A DNA stretch of 64,000 bases from NCBI GenBank assembly GCA_014239265.1, contig JAAZZH010000003.1, forward strand, positions 3,953-67,952, in the 5' to 3' direction. The notes beneath the pieces are model-generated. The model was not told the origin of the DNA and ran no database searches. It saw nothing but the letters and a program-made list of their open reading frames with translations. Origin of the DNA: Actinomycetota bacterium. Lineage in GTDB: Bacteria > Actinomycetota > Acidimicrobiia > Actinomarinales > Actinomarinaceae. The stretch's first letter is position 1; each line of letters begins with the position of its first letter. Both the position numbers and the translations under genes were made by a program. This document shows, piece by piece, positions 46,080-55,907 of this stretch.

Positions 46080-47045
46080 GTGTTGAGTAAGGAAGCTGTA
46101 AAAGCAAAAAAGAAATATTCAAAGCTAGGAACGGTTATTAAGTTGCTAGTAGTTGATCCTAAAAAAATAAAAATGTGGAAAGTTAAATTACAGAGGTTGA
46201 ATTTTAATCTCATAGGAAAAATCAATCCAAAGTCGGATGGCGCTCACAAGGAAGAACTCACTCTTGGTGGTATTAGAACATGGAAAATAACTACTCCTAA
46301 TTCAGATCCTGAAAAAATATTACTTTATTATCACGGAGGTGCCTATCAAGTAGGCAGTCCAGAGGGTTACTACCCTATGTTGACTCATTTAGCCAGAGAA
46401 ACGGGTTTTACAATCTATATACCAGATTACAGACTCGCTCCAGAACATTACTATCCTGCTCAAGTTGAAGATGGGGTTAAAACATTTGAAGCATTAATCA
46501 ATGACTTAGGATACTCTCCGGGGCAAATAGCTTTTGGAGGAGATTCTGCAGGTGGCAACATGTCCCTTGTTACACTTTTAAAGCTAAAAAGCGAAGGAAA
46601 GAGTCTGCCAAGTGCAGTCTTTTGCATATCGCCTTGGGCTGATCCAGCTGCTACTGGAGATTCTTACAATGACGAGATGTGTTCCAAAGACTTATTGCTG
46701 GGTCCTATTTTTACAAAGATGTGGAGTGATTTTAACCTTGATGGCTTTGCGGGATATTTTGTTCAAGATGAAGACTTAGATTCTGAAAATCCTTACATAT
46801 GTCCGATAAAGGGTGACTACACAAACTCTCCTCCCATTATGGTACAGGTTGGTGCTCATGAATTACTGCTCTCAGATTCTCGAACCTTAAAAAATGTCTT
46901 TGAAAGAGATGGTGTAACTTACGAGTACAAAGAATGGGATGAATTGTGGCATGTATTTCAACTTGAAGCGGAAATGCCTGAAACTATAGAATCATTTAAA
47001 ATGTTTGGAAGTTTTTTAAATAAATATATTGGGGTTCCTGTTTAA
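46080..47045 (+). CDS. Alpha/beta hydrolase, hormone-sensitive-lipase-like esterase (GTG start)
   Basis: HGGAY oxyanion motif and GDSAGGN nucleophile elbow. AAGGGGGA SD 5 nt before the GTG. Confidence 0.8.
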   Translation: MLSKEAVKAKKKYSKLGTVIKLLVVDPKKIKMWKVKLQRLNFNLIGKINPKSDGAHKEELTLGGIRTWKITTPNSDPEKILLYYHGGAYQVGSPEGYYPMLTHLARETGFTIYIPDYRLAPEHYYPAQVEDGVKTFEALINDLGYSPGQIAFGGDSAGGNMSLVTLLKLKSEGKSLPSAVFCISPWADPAATGDSYNDEMCSKDLLLGPIFTKMWSDFNLDGFAGYFVQDEDLDSENPYICPIKGDYTNSPPIMVQVGAHELLLSDSRTLKNVFERDGVTYEYKEWDELWHVFQLEAEMPETIESFKMFGSFLNKYIGVPV

Positions 47046-47061
47046 GACTAGTTACAGCTAG

Positions 47062-47331
47062 TTAGTCAATCTCATTAACTGAGAGGAAAGAGTTTCCTAT
47101 CATTATTGAGTCTTCTCCGAGTTGTTTAGCTTTTCGTGCAATAATTCTTACAATATCTTTAGATTTATCAACATCACAGATAATCGAGAGTTCGACTGAT
47201 TCCTCGGCCATGCCTTTCCACATTCCTTCAAGTTTTAGTATTGACCAACTGTCAACAACTTTAAGGAGTTGTGGTTTAGACTGTTCAACAACTTCTGGGA
47301 CTGTTCTTATCTTAAGCTCTACATCAAACAT
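47062..47331 (-). CDS. Hypothetical 89-aa protein
   Basis: ORF downstream of the CDF-like gene. Alternating beta/alpha pattern; no family recognised. Confidence 0.35.
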   Translation of the reverse strand: MFDVELKIRTVPEVVEQSKPQLLKVVDSWSILKLEGMWKGMAEESVELSIICDVDKSKDIVRIIARKAKQLGEDSIMIGNSFLSVNEID

Positions 47332-47412
47332 TTTGTTAAGTATGACATTAATTTAGTACTAACGAGTTTATTTTATTATTTTCTTCAAAAGAATTCGACT
47401 TCAAAAAAAAGA

Positions 47413-47979
47413 TTAACTTCTGTGCTCTCTAAATTCTTTAAATAACCATGGAATCATAAATAACGCAGCAACTGGATCAAAGTACCAGAGACCAAAGAAG
47501 TAATTAACGCCGACGCCAACTAAGACCAATACTGAAAGATTTAAGCAAAATAATGTCTCCTTTGCCTCAGCAATAATGACTTTATTATTTAATTCTTTAC
47601 CAAGTTTTAATTTTCGATAACCCAATGGTCCTTCAACAAGAATGGATACACAGGCGATGATTATTCCATAAATAGAAACTTCAGGTTTATTTGTATTTAG
47701 AAAATCCAATGCTGACTTTGCAAGGATAAATACAATCAATACTAAAAAAGAATAGGCAATTAACTTTTCTGCACGATCATGAACTTTTTTATTGGTTGAA
47801 GAAATTCCCCAGATAGCAATTATGGATGCAAAGATTTCAATAAAACTATCTAAACCAAAACTAAGTAATGTTGTGGAGTTGCTCTCAACGCCAAAATATA
47901 ATGCAAATACTCCTTCTAATAAGTTGTAACAAATAGTAAATACTATAAGTTTTTTAGATAAAATTATTGATTCTTTCAC
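47413..47979 (-). CDS. Cation-diffusion-facilitator-like membrane domain protein lacking the cytoplasmic C-terminal domain
   Basis: 5-6 TM with FGLDSFIEIF (TM2 D/E motif) and IIAEAKETLF. Ends about 10 aa after the last TM. Confidence 0.5.
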   Translation of the reverse strand: MKESIILSKKLIVFTICYNLLEGVFALYFGVESNSTTLLSFGLDSFIEIFASIIAIWGISSTNKKVHDRAEKLIAYSFLVLIVFILAKSALDFLNTNKPEVSIYGIIIACVSILVEGPLGYRKLKLGKELNNKVIIAEAKETLFCLNLSVLVLVGVGVNYFFGLWYFDPVAALFMIPWLFKEFREHRS

Positions 47980-48037
47980 AAGAATTAGTATAAATGGAGT
48001 AGTTAACTACGAATATTTCAATTAGTAAGGTTATTTT

Positions 48038-48478
48038 TTACTTAAAGCGTTCATAGCACGCTATATAAACTTTTGGCGTAATCGTTGTAATGACTTTTGT
48101 TACAGTTTCTACCGGAAAATCTGCGAGTCTTCTAAACCTTAAACATGATTTCCCCATATCTAATTTACCAACCTCTTTAATCGCATCTATTGAAAAAGAG
48201 GCAAACAGTTCATCATCACAATACACTCCATGTAGGTATAGGGCAAAGTGCTGTTTTTGTGCCGCTAATGACATAACGCTGAGTGGTTTTTTGTTATATG
48301 TAATTGGATAGTCTTTTAAAGGTATTTCATAATTTATCATCCCCCAATCCATAGTTTCTTTAATGCCTTTTGGAAGGTTGTTTCTAATCAATTGACGAAC
48401 TGTTTTAATGACTTTGCGTTTTTCTGGTTCCAACTCTTTTAAATATTGTTGGACGGTTGTAGCTGATGAACTTACCAT
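48038..48478 (-). CDS. DUF1801 (YdhG-like) domain protein
   Basis: N-terminal VQQYLKELEPEKRKVIKTVRQLI...MDWGMINY pattern typical of the family. Confidence 0.5.
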   Translation of the reverse strand: MVSSSATTVQQYLKELEPEKRKVIKTVRQLIRNNLPKGIKETMDWGMINYEIPLKDYPITYNKKPLSVMSLAAQKQHFALYLHGVYCDDELFASFSIDAIKEVGKLDMGKSCLRFRRLADFPVETVTKVITTITPKVYIACYERFK

Positions 48479-48515
48479 ATATATCTAATTCTATCTCTGT
48501 ATAAATTAAGGTTAA

Positions 48516-48773
48516 TTATCGACGCTCAAGGTAAACAATGATTGCAGCTGCAGAACTAATCTGAATTAATGTGGAAAACAGGTTTTCCACTCCAAGAATA
48601 TTGGCAATTATTCCTCCCAAGAAAGAACCTGTAATACCTATTACTGCAGTCCTTCCCCACGTCATCGGATTTGGACCAGGAATAAGGATTCTTGCCAATG
48701 CACCAATAATAAGTCCTACTACTGCGAACTGAAATATAACTATAAATGTAAGTCCAAGAAAAAATGTTCCCAT
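48516..48773 (-). CDS. GlsB/YeaQ/YmgE-family stress membrane protein
   Basis: GLIIGALARILIPG...IGITGSFLGGIIANILG signature; 85 aa. Confidence 0.7.
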   Translation of the reverse strand: MGTFFLGLTFIVIFQFAVVGLIIGALARILIPGPNPMTWGRTAVIGITGSFLGGIIANILGVENLFSTLIQISSAAAIIVYLERR

Positions 48774-48806
48774 ATTTTAAATTGTAAATTACTCAGGTTT
48801 ATATTT

Positions 48807-49460
48807 TTATTTTGAGTTTTTTGAAAATTTGGTTGTAAATAGTTTTGATGAAATTAAGCTTCCTATGACTGGTGCTAACACATAAAAGTAGATCTCCCTT
48901 GTCTTGCCACTTACTAAAGCAGGTCCAATACTTCTCGCAGGATTTAGTGAACCTCCTGTGTATTCTCCAATTAATAGTGCGGAGATAAATACTGTTCCCC
49001 CAATAGCAATTCCATAAATATTATTTTCTTTTCGTGTTACTTGTAAGATTACAAACATCAAAAGACCAGTACAAAAAGCCTCCAGAAAAAAGCCTTGGCC
49101 GACATCAACCGAAAGAGTCGTTACGCCAAAGCTATGCATTCTTCCAAATAGTGCTACATGCGTCTGGGATGCAAGCATTCCACCTAAGATTTGTATTCCA
49201 ATATAAAAAACTGAATCTTTAATTGATATTTCTTTATTCAATAAAAATCCAATTGTTACAGCGGGATTAAAGTGTGCACCAGAGAATCTACCCAACAAGT
49301 AAACAAAAATTGTTATGGTTAGTCCAAAAATTATAGGTATCAGAGCTGAAGATAGGTTTTCTAACTCTGAAAGTATAATGGCGCCACATCCAAAAAAAAC
49401 TAAGGCATAGGTTCCTATGAATTCAGCTAGGATTGCAGGAACAGTTGTTTTGAATCTCAT
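48807..49460 (-). CDS. aqpZ: Aquaporin/MIP-family channel
   Basis: Two NPA boxes (HFNPAVT, LNPARS) and six TM. Confidence 0.88.
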   Translation of the reverse strand: MRFKTTVPAILAEFIGTYALVFFGCGAIILSELENLSSALIPIIFGLTITIFVYLLGRFSGAHFNPAVTIGFLLNKEISIKDSVFYIGIQILGGMLASQTHVALFGRMHSFGVTTLSVDVGQGFFLEAFCTGLLMFVILQVTRKENNIYGIAIGGTVFISALLIGEYTGGSLNPARSIGPALVSGKTREIYFYVLAPVIGSLISSKLFTTKFSKNSK

Positions 49461-49606
49461 AAGAACACAATAATTGAGTTATGATTTTGGTATGTTAAAC
49501 GGAAAGCCTTTCAGAGAAACTGTAATTGATTTATTAAGAGTTTTTATATTTATTATCGTTGTTTATTATCTAATAGATATTCTTGTAAAAAATTAATTTA
49601 AAAAAT

Positions 49607-50875
49607 TTAGATATCGTTAATAAATGTATCTTGAAAACTTTGTCTATTCACTAACTCAACCACACCAGATTCAGTTACTGCAACCACACCTGACTTTGGC
49701 ACTCTGTTGTAATTACTGGCCATAGCAAAGGTGTATGCACCAGTTGAAGTTGACATTAATATATCACCTGACTGAGTGTCGCTGGGTAACATTGCCTCTT
49801 TTACAAGTAAGTCACCACTTTCACAGTGTCTTCCAGAAACTGCATGCACCATGTCTTCCTCATTTTTTCCACCAGAGATATTGAAGAGTTTGTGTTCACT
49901 ACCATATAATGCTGGCCTTGGGTTATCAGACATGCCACCATCAACAAGAATATAGGGTTTCTCTCCACGATCATCTTTAAGTGCACCAGCAGTGTAAAGA
50001 ATAACGCCAGGATTATTAACTAATGCTCTTCCCGGCTCAATCATGACTCTGTAATCATCTTGCCAGTGTTCTTGTATACCAGCATGAATAGCATCAGCAT
50101 AGACTTTTAATTCATGGTCTACTTCATCACCTGCATAGGGTGAAAAGAATCCACCTCCAGCATCAAAGACAACTTCTGCTTGAATAGCAGCACGATGCTT
50201 ATAGAGAAACTCTGCACACTCACTCATTGCTTTTTGATAACGTTCAGGATCTTTTATCTGACTACCAATATGGACATGAATGCCTGAAAATAACAAGGAC
50301 GGTGCATCATAAATTTGTTTCAGGGCCTCTTCAGCAAAACCAATAGAGATACCAAACTGTTGGTCATATCCTGTGGTCAGTACCATTGGATGTGTTTCAG
50401 CTCCCACATCTAAATTGATACGCATAATAACTGGTTGTTGTCTGCCTAATTTAGAGGCCGCAGCTTCCAACATGGGAATCTCATAACGATTATCAATAGA
50501 GATGTGTCCACCTTCGTTTTGCATGAAAAACTCAATTTCTTCAAGGCTTTTATATGTACCGTTAAATAGCGTGTTTTCTAAGGTCCCCGTGACTGCTTGT
50601 ACAGTTGCCATCTCTCCACCTGAGACAACATCTACTCCCCAACCTTTTTCATGTAATTCTTTTACCAGAGCCTTACAGATAAATGCTTTTGCAGCGTATC
50701 GAAAAAGAGTCTCTGAACCAAAAGCATTTGAGAAGTGATCAATATTATCTTTGAGGTGCTCCCAGTCGTACACATACAATGGTGTTCCGTATTCTTTACC
50801 AACATCAAGCAATGAAGTATCTCCTATGTGAGCGACTCCATCTTTAAATGAAAGATTAGAGGGTAAGTAATTCAT
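49607..50875 (-). CDS. lysA: Diaminopimelate decarboxylase
   Basis: YAAKAF (PLP Lys region), HVHIGSQ, GGGF and CESGD motifs. Confidence 0.88.
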   Translation of the reverse strand: MNYLPSNLSFKDGVAHIGDTSLLDVGKEYGTPLYVYDWEHLKDNIDHFSNAFGSETLFRYAAKAFICKALVKELHEKGWGVDVVSGGEMATVQAVTGTLENTLFNGTYKSLEEIEFFMQNEGGHISIDNRYEIPMLEAAASKLGRQQPVIMRINLDVGAETHPMVLTTGYDQQFGISIGFAEEALKQIYDAPSLLFSGIHVHIGSQIKDPERYQKAMSECAEFLYKHRAAIQAEVVFDAGGGFFSPYAGDEVDHELKVYADAIHAGIQEHWQDDYRVMIEPGRALVNNPGVILYTAGALKDDRGEKPYILVDGGMSDNPRPALYGSEHKLFNISGGKNEEDMVHAVSGRHCESGDLLVKEAMLPSDTQSGDILMSTSTGAYTFAMASNYNRVPKSGVVAVTESGVVELVNRQSFQDTFINDI

Positions 50876-51657
50876 TTTTTAAGACGACGCTTTATCCATG
50901 CAATATCTTTTTTCTGTGCCTCAACGCCACCTGGAGTTTCAACAATAATGTCTGATTTACAGTTCTTAATAACGTACTCAAGCTCTGCTTTTGGAATATT
51001 ACCTTTACCTAAATTCTCATGTCGATCTCTGCTGCTTTCAAATCCATCTTTAGAGTCATTGAAGTGAACCAGGTCTATCTGTTTAGTGAGTTTTTTAAAT
51101 CCTTTTACTGCTTTTTCTGTGGGGATACCTCCAGCCCATGTGTGGCAAGTATCTAAACAAAGTCCAACATTCAAGTCACCAATCACTTCCCAGAGTCGTT
51201 CAATAGAGTCCATATAACGAGCAACAGAGTTTTTTCCTCCAGCAGTATTTTCTACCAATACTCGCATACCTGTGTCTTCTACAAATTCAATGGCTTTTCT
51301 CCAGTTATCGTATCCCTCTGCAATATCTCCACCTTCACCAACAGAACCTCCGTGAACGATAACCGCTTTAGCTCCAAATGAAGCTGCTACTTTACATGTG
51401 TCTTTAAGTAATTTTCTACTGGGATGTCTTACTTTATTGTTAGGTGTTGCCACGTTAATTAAGTAGGGTGCATGTACATATATAGGGCCTTTGTAGGCTT
51501 GCAATGCATCAATATCTTCACGGGGTTTAGGGCTCTTCCACATTTGAGGGCTAGAAACAAATATTTGGAATGTATCACCTTTGCGGAGTTTAATCTCCTC
51601 AATTGCATTTTTTGAAGGTATATGTGAACCAATATTCATGGGTATATTATAAAGCAA
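50872..51657 (-). CDS. nfo: Endonuclease IV (AP endonuclease, TIM-barrel)
   Basis: Collinear with E. coli Nfo (HAPYLINV, VENTAG, CLDTCH, HFNDSK, DRHENLGKGNI). The likely true start is the ATG at 51639 (MNIGSH...). Confidence 0.85.
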   Translation of the reverse strand: MLYNIPMNIGSHIPSKNAIEEIKLRKGDTFQIFVSSPQMWKSPKPREDIDALQAYKGPIYVHAPYLINVATPNNKVRHPSRKLLKDTCKVAASFGAKAVIVHGGSVGEGGDIAEGYDNWRKAIEFVEDTGMRVLVENTAGGKNSVARYMDSIERLWEVIGDLNVGLCLDTCHTWAGGIPTEKAVKGFKKLTKQIDLVHFNDSKDGFESSRDRHENLGKGNIPKAELEYVIKNCKSDIIVETPGGVEAQKKDIAWIKRRLKK

Positions 51658-51679
51658 TTATAAGTTGTAAAGAAAGAAA

Positions 51680-53269
51680 TTATCCCATTACCTGTTCTGA
51701 ACCAACCAGGATATACACACACTGTGGATTGGCAAACTGTTCATTATTATCTACAACAGTAATTTCCAGTGCATTATTTACATTTTTAATTTCTACACTT
51801 GCACCCTGAGCTGTGCTTAAATCAAGATCAAGGCAGATATTCACTACTTTAATATCTGCAGCGGTAGCACCTTCAACTAACCATTTCTTTGTTGGAGCTT
51901 GTGTTGGTCCAGTATTTAGTGAGGTTATTGTGTAATTCGTCGTTACACGTTCTGTGAAAATAAGGACTCCACCTTTTCGACTACTAAAATTACCAAATGC
52001 CAACAATTGTCGACCATTAGATAAATCAAGAAAATCAGGGTCACCTCCTGGTGGAAGGTACTCTACTTGAGACCAAGTAACTCCATCAGGTCCTTTTCTA
52101 TACTCCATGTAATCATATGTAGGCCAGATCCACTCTACAACTCCTGTTGCATTGAGCTTAATTGCTGGGTTTGTAGTAACGTCTGTATCTCCACCATAAG
52201 AACGATCTACCTGGACACCCCAAGTAAGACCATCACTTGAAGTTGCTACACATGCTCTTCTGTTGAAGGAACCTGAAGGACTCACTAACTCTTGAACATG
52301 AAAAATCCAAGAACCATCATTGAGTTGCGTAATTGTAGGATCTCCTAACGGTCCAAAAGAGTTTCCATCACTATCCTTACAGTCTGCTTGTAAAAACCTT
52401 GGAATATCCACTTTTTGAAAATTTACTCCATCTGAGGATTCATACTTAACTAAAGAGTCTCCTGTTGATGAAAGCTCCCAACCCCATGCAGATACTTTTC
52501 CATCAAATACTAAGGCTTCAATAGGAGACCTAACTGGAACTCGAACACCAGACTCTACAACCCATGTTCTCCCACCGTCACTAGACACCGCAGAGTGAAT
52601 TAGGTTATCGTACCCACTTATACCTGCTTGCGGTTCATTACCATTCTTAAAATATACCCTGAGTATCCCTTCACTAGTTTCTACTATTGATGGATCGGCA
52701 ATGTTTCCTAGACTATTTTCTAAACTTCTTATCGAACCTAGGTAAGAAAGGTGCATTGAGCTTAAGGTAGTTTCTTGAATTATTGGACTTCCTTGACCGG
52801 GTTGGTTGCTTTCTCCTAAAGGAGGTTTACTGCCTGCACTTCCCGGCTGACCTCCTGGCATACCAGGGTCTGGCGGAGGCGGTATATTGCACCCTTTAAA
52901 GGATTCTTTGTATTGCTCCTGAATTGACCCTCCTGAAAGAAAATCTTTCTCCATCTGTCTAATAACATCAGCTCCTGCTTTATCTACTAAACAAATTTGT
53001 TCTCTTGCAAGTAAATTAAAAAAGATGCCTTGGGGGAACTCATTTAATAATTCTTTAACGATGTCTTCAATTGACACTGTATCTGAGGAAGTTTTTTTAA
53101 TGTCTGTGTTTTCAGACTCCACACTACCTTGTGTTTCTTTTTGGGTGGTTGCTTTATCATTTTCAGTACTTTGATCTGACACAGGTTGTGAACTGTCACC
53201 TCCACCAGCACAGGCAACAACTATAAGAAAACTTACTACTGCGGTTACTGATCTGGTATTTTTTTTCAC
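51680..53269 (-). CDS. Surface lipoprotein with a BNR/Asp-box (sialidase-fold) beta-propeller
   Basis: Lipobox VVAC, a polar linker, a Pro/Gly linker, then Asp-boxes SSDGGRTW, SSDGLTW and GPDGVTW. Confidence 0.55.
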   Translation of the reverse strand: MKKNTRSVTAVVSFLIVVACAGGGDSSQPVSDQSTENDKATTQKETQGSVESENTDIKKTSSDTVSIEDIVKELLNEFPQGIFFNLLAREQICLVDKAGADVIRQMEKDFLSGGSIQEQYKESFKGCNIPPPPDPGMPGGQPGSAGSKPPLGESNQPGQGSPIIQETTLSSMHLSYLGSIRSLENSLGNIADPSIVETSEGILRVYFKNGNEPQAGISGYDNLIHSAVSSDGGRTWVVESGVRVPVRSPIEALVFDGKVSAWGWELSSTGDSLVKYESSDGVNFQKVDIPRFLQADCKDSDGNSFGPLGDPTITQLNDGSWIFHVQELVSPSGSFNRRACVATSSDGLTWGVQVDRSYGGDTDVTTNPAIKLNATGVVEWIWPTYDYMEYRKGPDGVTWSQVEYLPPGGDPDFLDLSNGRQLLAFGNFSSRKGGVLIFTERVTTNYTITSLNTGPTQAPTKKWLVEGATAADIKVVNICLDLDLSTAQGASVEIKNVNNALEITVVDNNEQFANPQCVYILVGSEQVMG

Positions 53270-53326
53270 CTAGTTTGATTATATACAATTCTTTTTTCAG
53301 AAAAAATTACGATTTCAGTAATTTGA

Positions 53327-55747
53327 TTATTTTGAAGGCAGAAAGCCTAGAAGCCTATTAGAAAACTTATACTCGCCAACCCAGAAATGATATCCGTCCC
53401 AACTAATTCCTGATGCCATCTTTGTACCCATATTTGTTTTATCAGTTCTTCCTCCAAAGCTCATCGTTGGGGAGCTACCAGCTAAAGCATCTGAAATTGA
53501 GTTCCAACCAATAATCTTGTCGTCGCTTGGGATAAAGAATCCTTTTTCATTGAAGCTTACTTCTGACGGGCAGTCCTGACCTGGTACAGTTTGGTATGAA
53601 GGTGCACTTAGAGAAGAAAGTTCTAACACTTTGAAACTTGATCCACCTGGATAACAACCAATTGCTAAATGTGTATCATTCATATCTATTCTTCCTAAGT
53701 TTGTAAGATTTGGAAGTGAATATGTAGGGTTGTCAGATTTTTCAGGAACACCCTCCCAAATATAAATTGTATCCGAGCCTGAATCTGCAACTGCAAAATA
53801 ACTGCCGTTATAAGCTATTCCTCTTACACCTTGAAATGTGATATTGCCAATAGACTTTTCATTTAAATCAAAACTGTAATTACCTGTGTTGATTGTATCT
53901 TCAATATCGCTCCATCCAAATACACTGTTACCGCCTGCTAAATAAATCTCTTTACCGTGAACAACTAAGTCCCAAGGTGGTTGATCGAACCTTCGCATGA
54001 CTATATCTGGTGTAGCACCAGAACTTCCAGGAAGCTGTTTCCAGATTGAAAGCGATCTATCGAAATCAGATGAGACAAAAAGCATTGAGCCATTAGAGTC
54101 AATTATTGGATTTTGAATAATAAATTCGTCTATCAAAGGGTAGTCTGTCGGTTCATTAGCAAGCAATGCCCAGTCTGGTTTCTCTGTTGGAGAAGTAGGA
54201 ATTGTATCAAAAACAGATATTCGGTTTCCATTATATTCAGCAACAAATAATTTACCATCTACAACTGTTGCTCCTCCATCATCTCCGCCAGCCCATCTAT
54301 GGCCTTCTCCTGGATTAGCTATTTTTACATTTACCTGTAACTCTTGCGTACTGGTAAAAAGTTCATCATAAAAATACATAGTCTCTCCACCTGCAGCAAT
54401 ACCATAAATTTTTGAATCATGAATAGTGCCTGCGAGCCAGTTGTCTATACAGGCATCTGGGTCTCTTGAAGATGTTGGCCATGAAGTCCAAACATGAGTT
54501 GAGCGAGTTCCGTTTGACCCTATACATGGACCATTTGCATTTTCATCACCAAGCATTACATAGTTACCATCTGAAAGAATAGACCTAGGAGTACCAACTT
54601 GACTCGATGTTAAAACAACATCTGGCGATGTGGATGGACCTGGAAAAGAGTTCCAAAATAAAACTGCTTTTGCGACAGTTGCTGTAACAACAACTTTCGT
54701 GCCATCTGACCAAACACCCCAAGGCCACGAGTCACCAAAATTTACATAGTTAGTAATTGGGAGTGCATAATCAGCAGTCTGGCCGGAAGATGTAGGAAAA
54801 GATGTCCAAACAAGGACTCTATTATTATCTGAATCCGCTACTAGTACTTTTCCATCGGGAGTAATAATTACTTGACCTGGAAAATCCATATTGTTTAAAC
54901 CAGTTCCAGAATTATGTGTTGTAAAATTTGCTTGTCCTAAAACTAAATCTGGCGGTGTGTTTGATGATGGAATAGTGTTCCAGATTAATACTCTATTGTT
55001 AAATCTGTCAGTAACGGCTAACTTTCCATAATTTGCTGAAATTGAGACAGGGTGATTTAACTTGTTAGCACCTCCTGCATTATCAAACCCATACCCGGAA
55101 AGTAGAATGTCTCCTGTTTCATTTAACCCATAGCCAGTTTTTCCATTTGAGGTAGCAACAGAGTAACTTGGAGAGTATTCATAAATACTCAAGTCATACC
55201 ATGAACCCGTGTTTTTTTCGTCATCACGATCTTGTTTAGAGTTCCCTGAGGGAGGTGTTGCCTCGTCACCATTATTATCGCCTCCTCCTGCAGGTGGTTG
55301 AGCTACATTGTTTGAACTACTTGGATCTTCAAAACATGCAATCACGATTCCTGACTCAAAACTATCTGGGTTTAAATCAGTGACTATATTTTGATAAATC
55401 TCTGTTGGCAATGACTTAGAGATGCACTCTAAAACCTCATCTTCTGCTTCTTTTAAGATTTCTACAGCTTTTTCTATATCAACACCACCATTTTGAGGTG
55501 GTGGTGGATTGTCTCCTCCTTGAGGTGGTGGCGGATTGTCTCCTCCTTGAGGTGGTGGCGGATTTTCTTGTTTTTTATCATTCTCTGGTAAATTTTCCTC
55601 TCCAGGAGGAAGTGAAGAAGGCATATTTTCCAAATCTGGAGGGTCTGTGGGAAGCGGATTTTCTATAATTTCTGAAGTATTTTCTGGACTAGAGCAGGCT
55701 TGAAAGAGTAGAAAGAGTATTAACCCTATATTTATTGACTTTTTCAT
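53327..55747 (-). CDS. Large surface lipoprotein with a Pro-rich tandem repeat and NHL-like beta-propeller repeats
   Basis: Lipobox-like LFQAC, NPPPPQGGD x about 3, and recurrent D..NNRVL.W / NGNRISVF motifs. Confidence 0.55.
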   Translation of the reverse strand: MKKSINIGLILFLLFQACSSPENTSEIIENPLPTDPPDLENMPSSLPPGEENLPENDKKQENPPPPQGGDNPPPPQGGDNPPPPQNGGVDIEKAVEILKEAEDEVLECISKSLPTEIYQNIVTDLNPDSFESGIVIACFEDPSSSNNVAQPPAGGGDNNGDEATPPSGNSKQDRDDEKNTGSWYDLSIYEYSPSYSVATSNGKTGYGLNETGDILLSGYGFDNAGGANKLNHPVSISANYGKLAVTDRFNNRVLIWNTIPSSNTPPDLVLGQANFTTHNSGTGLNNMDFPGQVIITPDGKVLVADSDNNRVLVWTSFPTSSGQTADYALPITNYVNFGDSWPWGVWSDGTKVVVTATVAKAVLFWNSFPGPSTSPDVVLTSSQVGTPRSILSDGNYVMLGDENANGPCIGSNGTRSTHVWTSWPTSSRDPDACIDNWLAGTIHDSKIYGIAAGGETMYFYDELFTSTQELQVNVKIANPGEGHRWAGGDDGGATVVDGKLFVAEYNGNRISVFDTIPTSPTEKPDWALLANEPTDYPLIDEFIIQNPIIDSNGSMLFVSSDFDRSLSIWKQLPGSSGATPDIVMRRFDQPPWDLVVHGKEIYLAGGNSVFGWSDIEDTINTGNYSFDLNEKSIGNITFQGVRGIAYNGSYFAVADSGSDTIYIWEGVPEKSDNPTYSLPNLTNLGRIDMNDTHLAIGCYPGGSSFKVLELSSLSAPSYQTVPGQDCPSEVSFNEKGFFIPSDDKIIGWNSISDALAGSSPTMSFGGRTDKTNMGTKMASGISWDGYHFWVGEYKFSNRLLGFLPSK
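55493..55568 (-). repeat. 27-bp tandem repeat, about 2.8 copies, in-frame (encodes GGDNPPPPQ units)
   Basis: Units at 55493-55519 and 55520-55546 differ by 1 nt. The third unit decays after 18 nt. Confidence 0.85.
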
Positions 55748-55907
55748 ATATATTCTATTATACGAAAATTTAATGAAATATAAATATTTAATAAATAATC
55801 AGTAGACTTATTAGTAAGACTTCCTTTTGTGTCTTGAACCATTCAAGCAGGGCACGATAAACCAAAAATTACAGCCACAGGGGAGTCATTTGTATTTTTC
55901 CGTAAAT

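Noticed and set aside
49493-49597. 34-aa plus-strand ORF (MLNGKPFRETVIDLLRVFIFIIVVYYLIDILVKN) in the lysA-aqpZ spacer.
   Set aside because: It is on the opposite strand to both neighbours and has no SD or coupling signal. AT-rich spacers yield such ORFs by chance.
55493-55568. Short tandem repeat as a CRISPR-like array.
   Set aside because: The units are contiguous with no spacers, are in frame inside a large ORF, and encode a Pro-rich peptide repeat.
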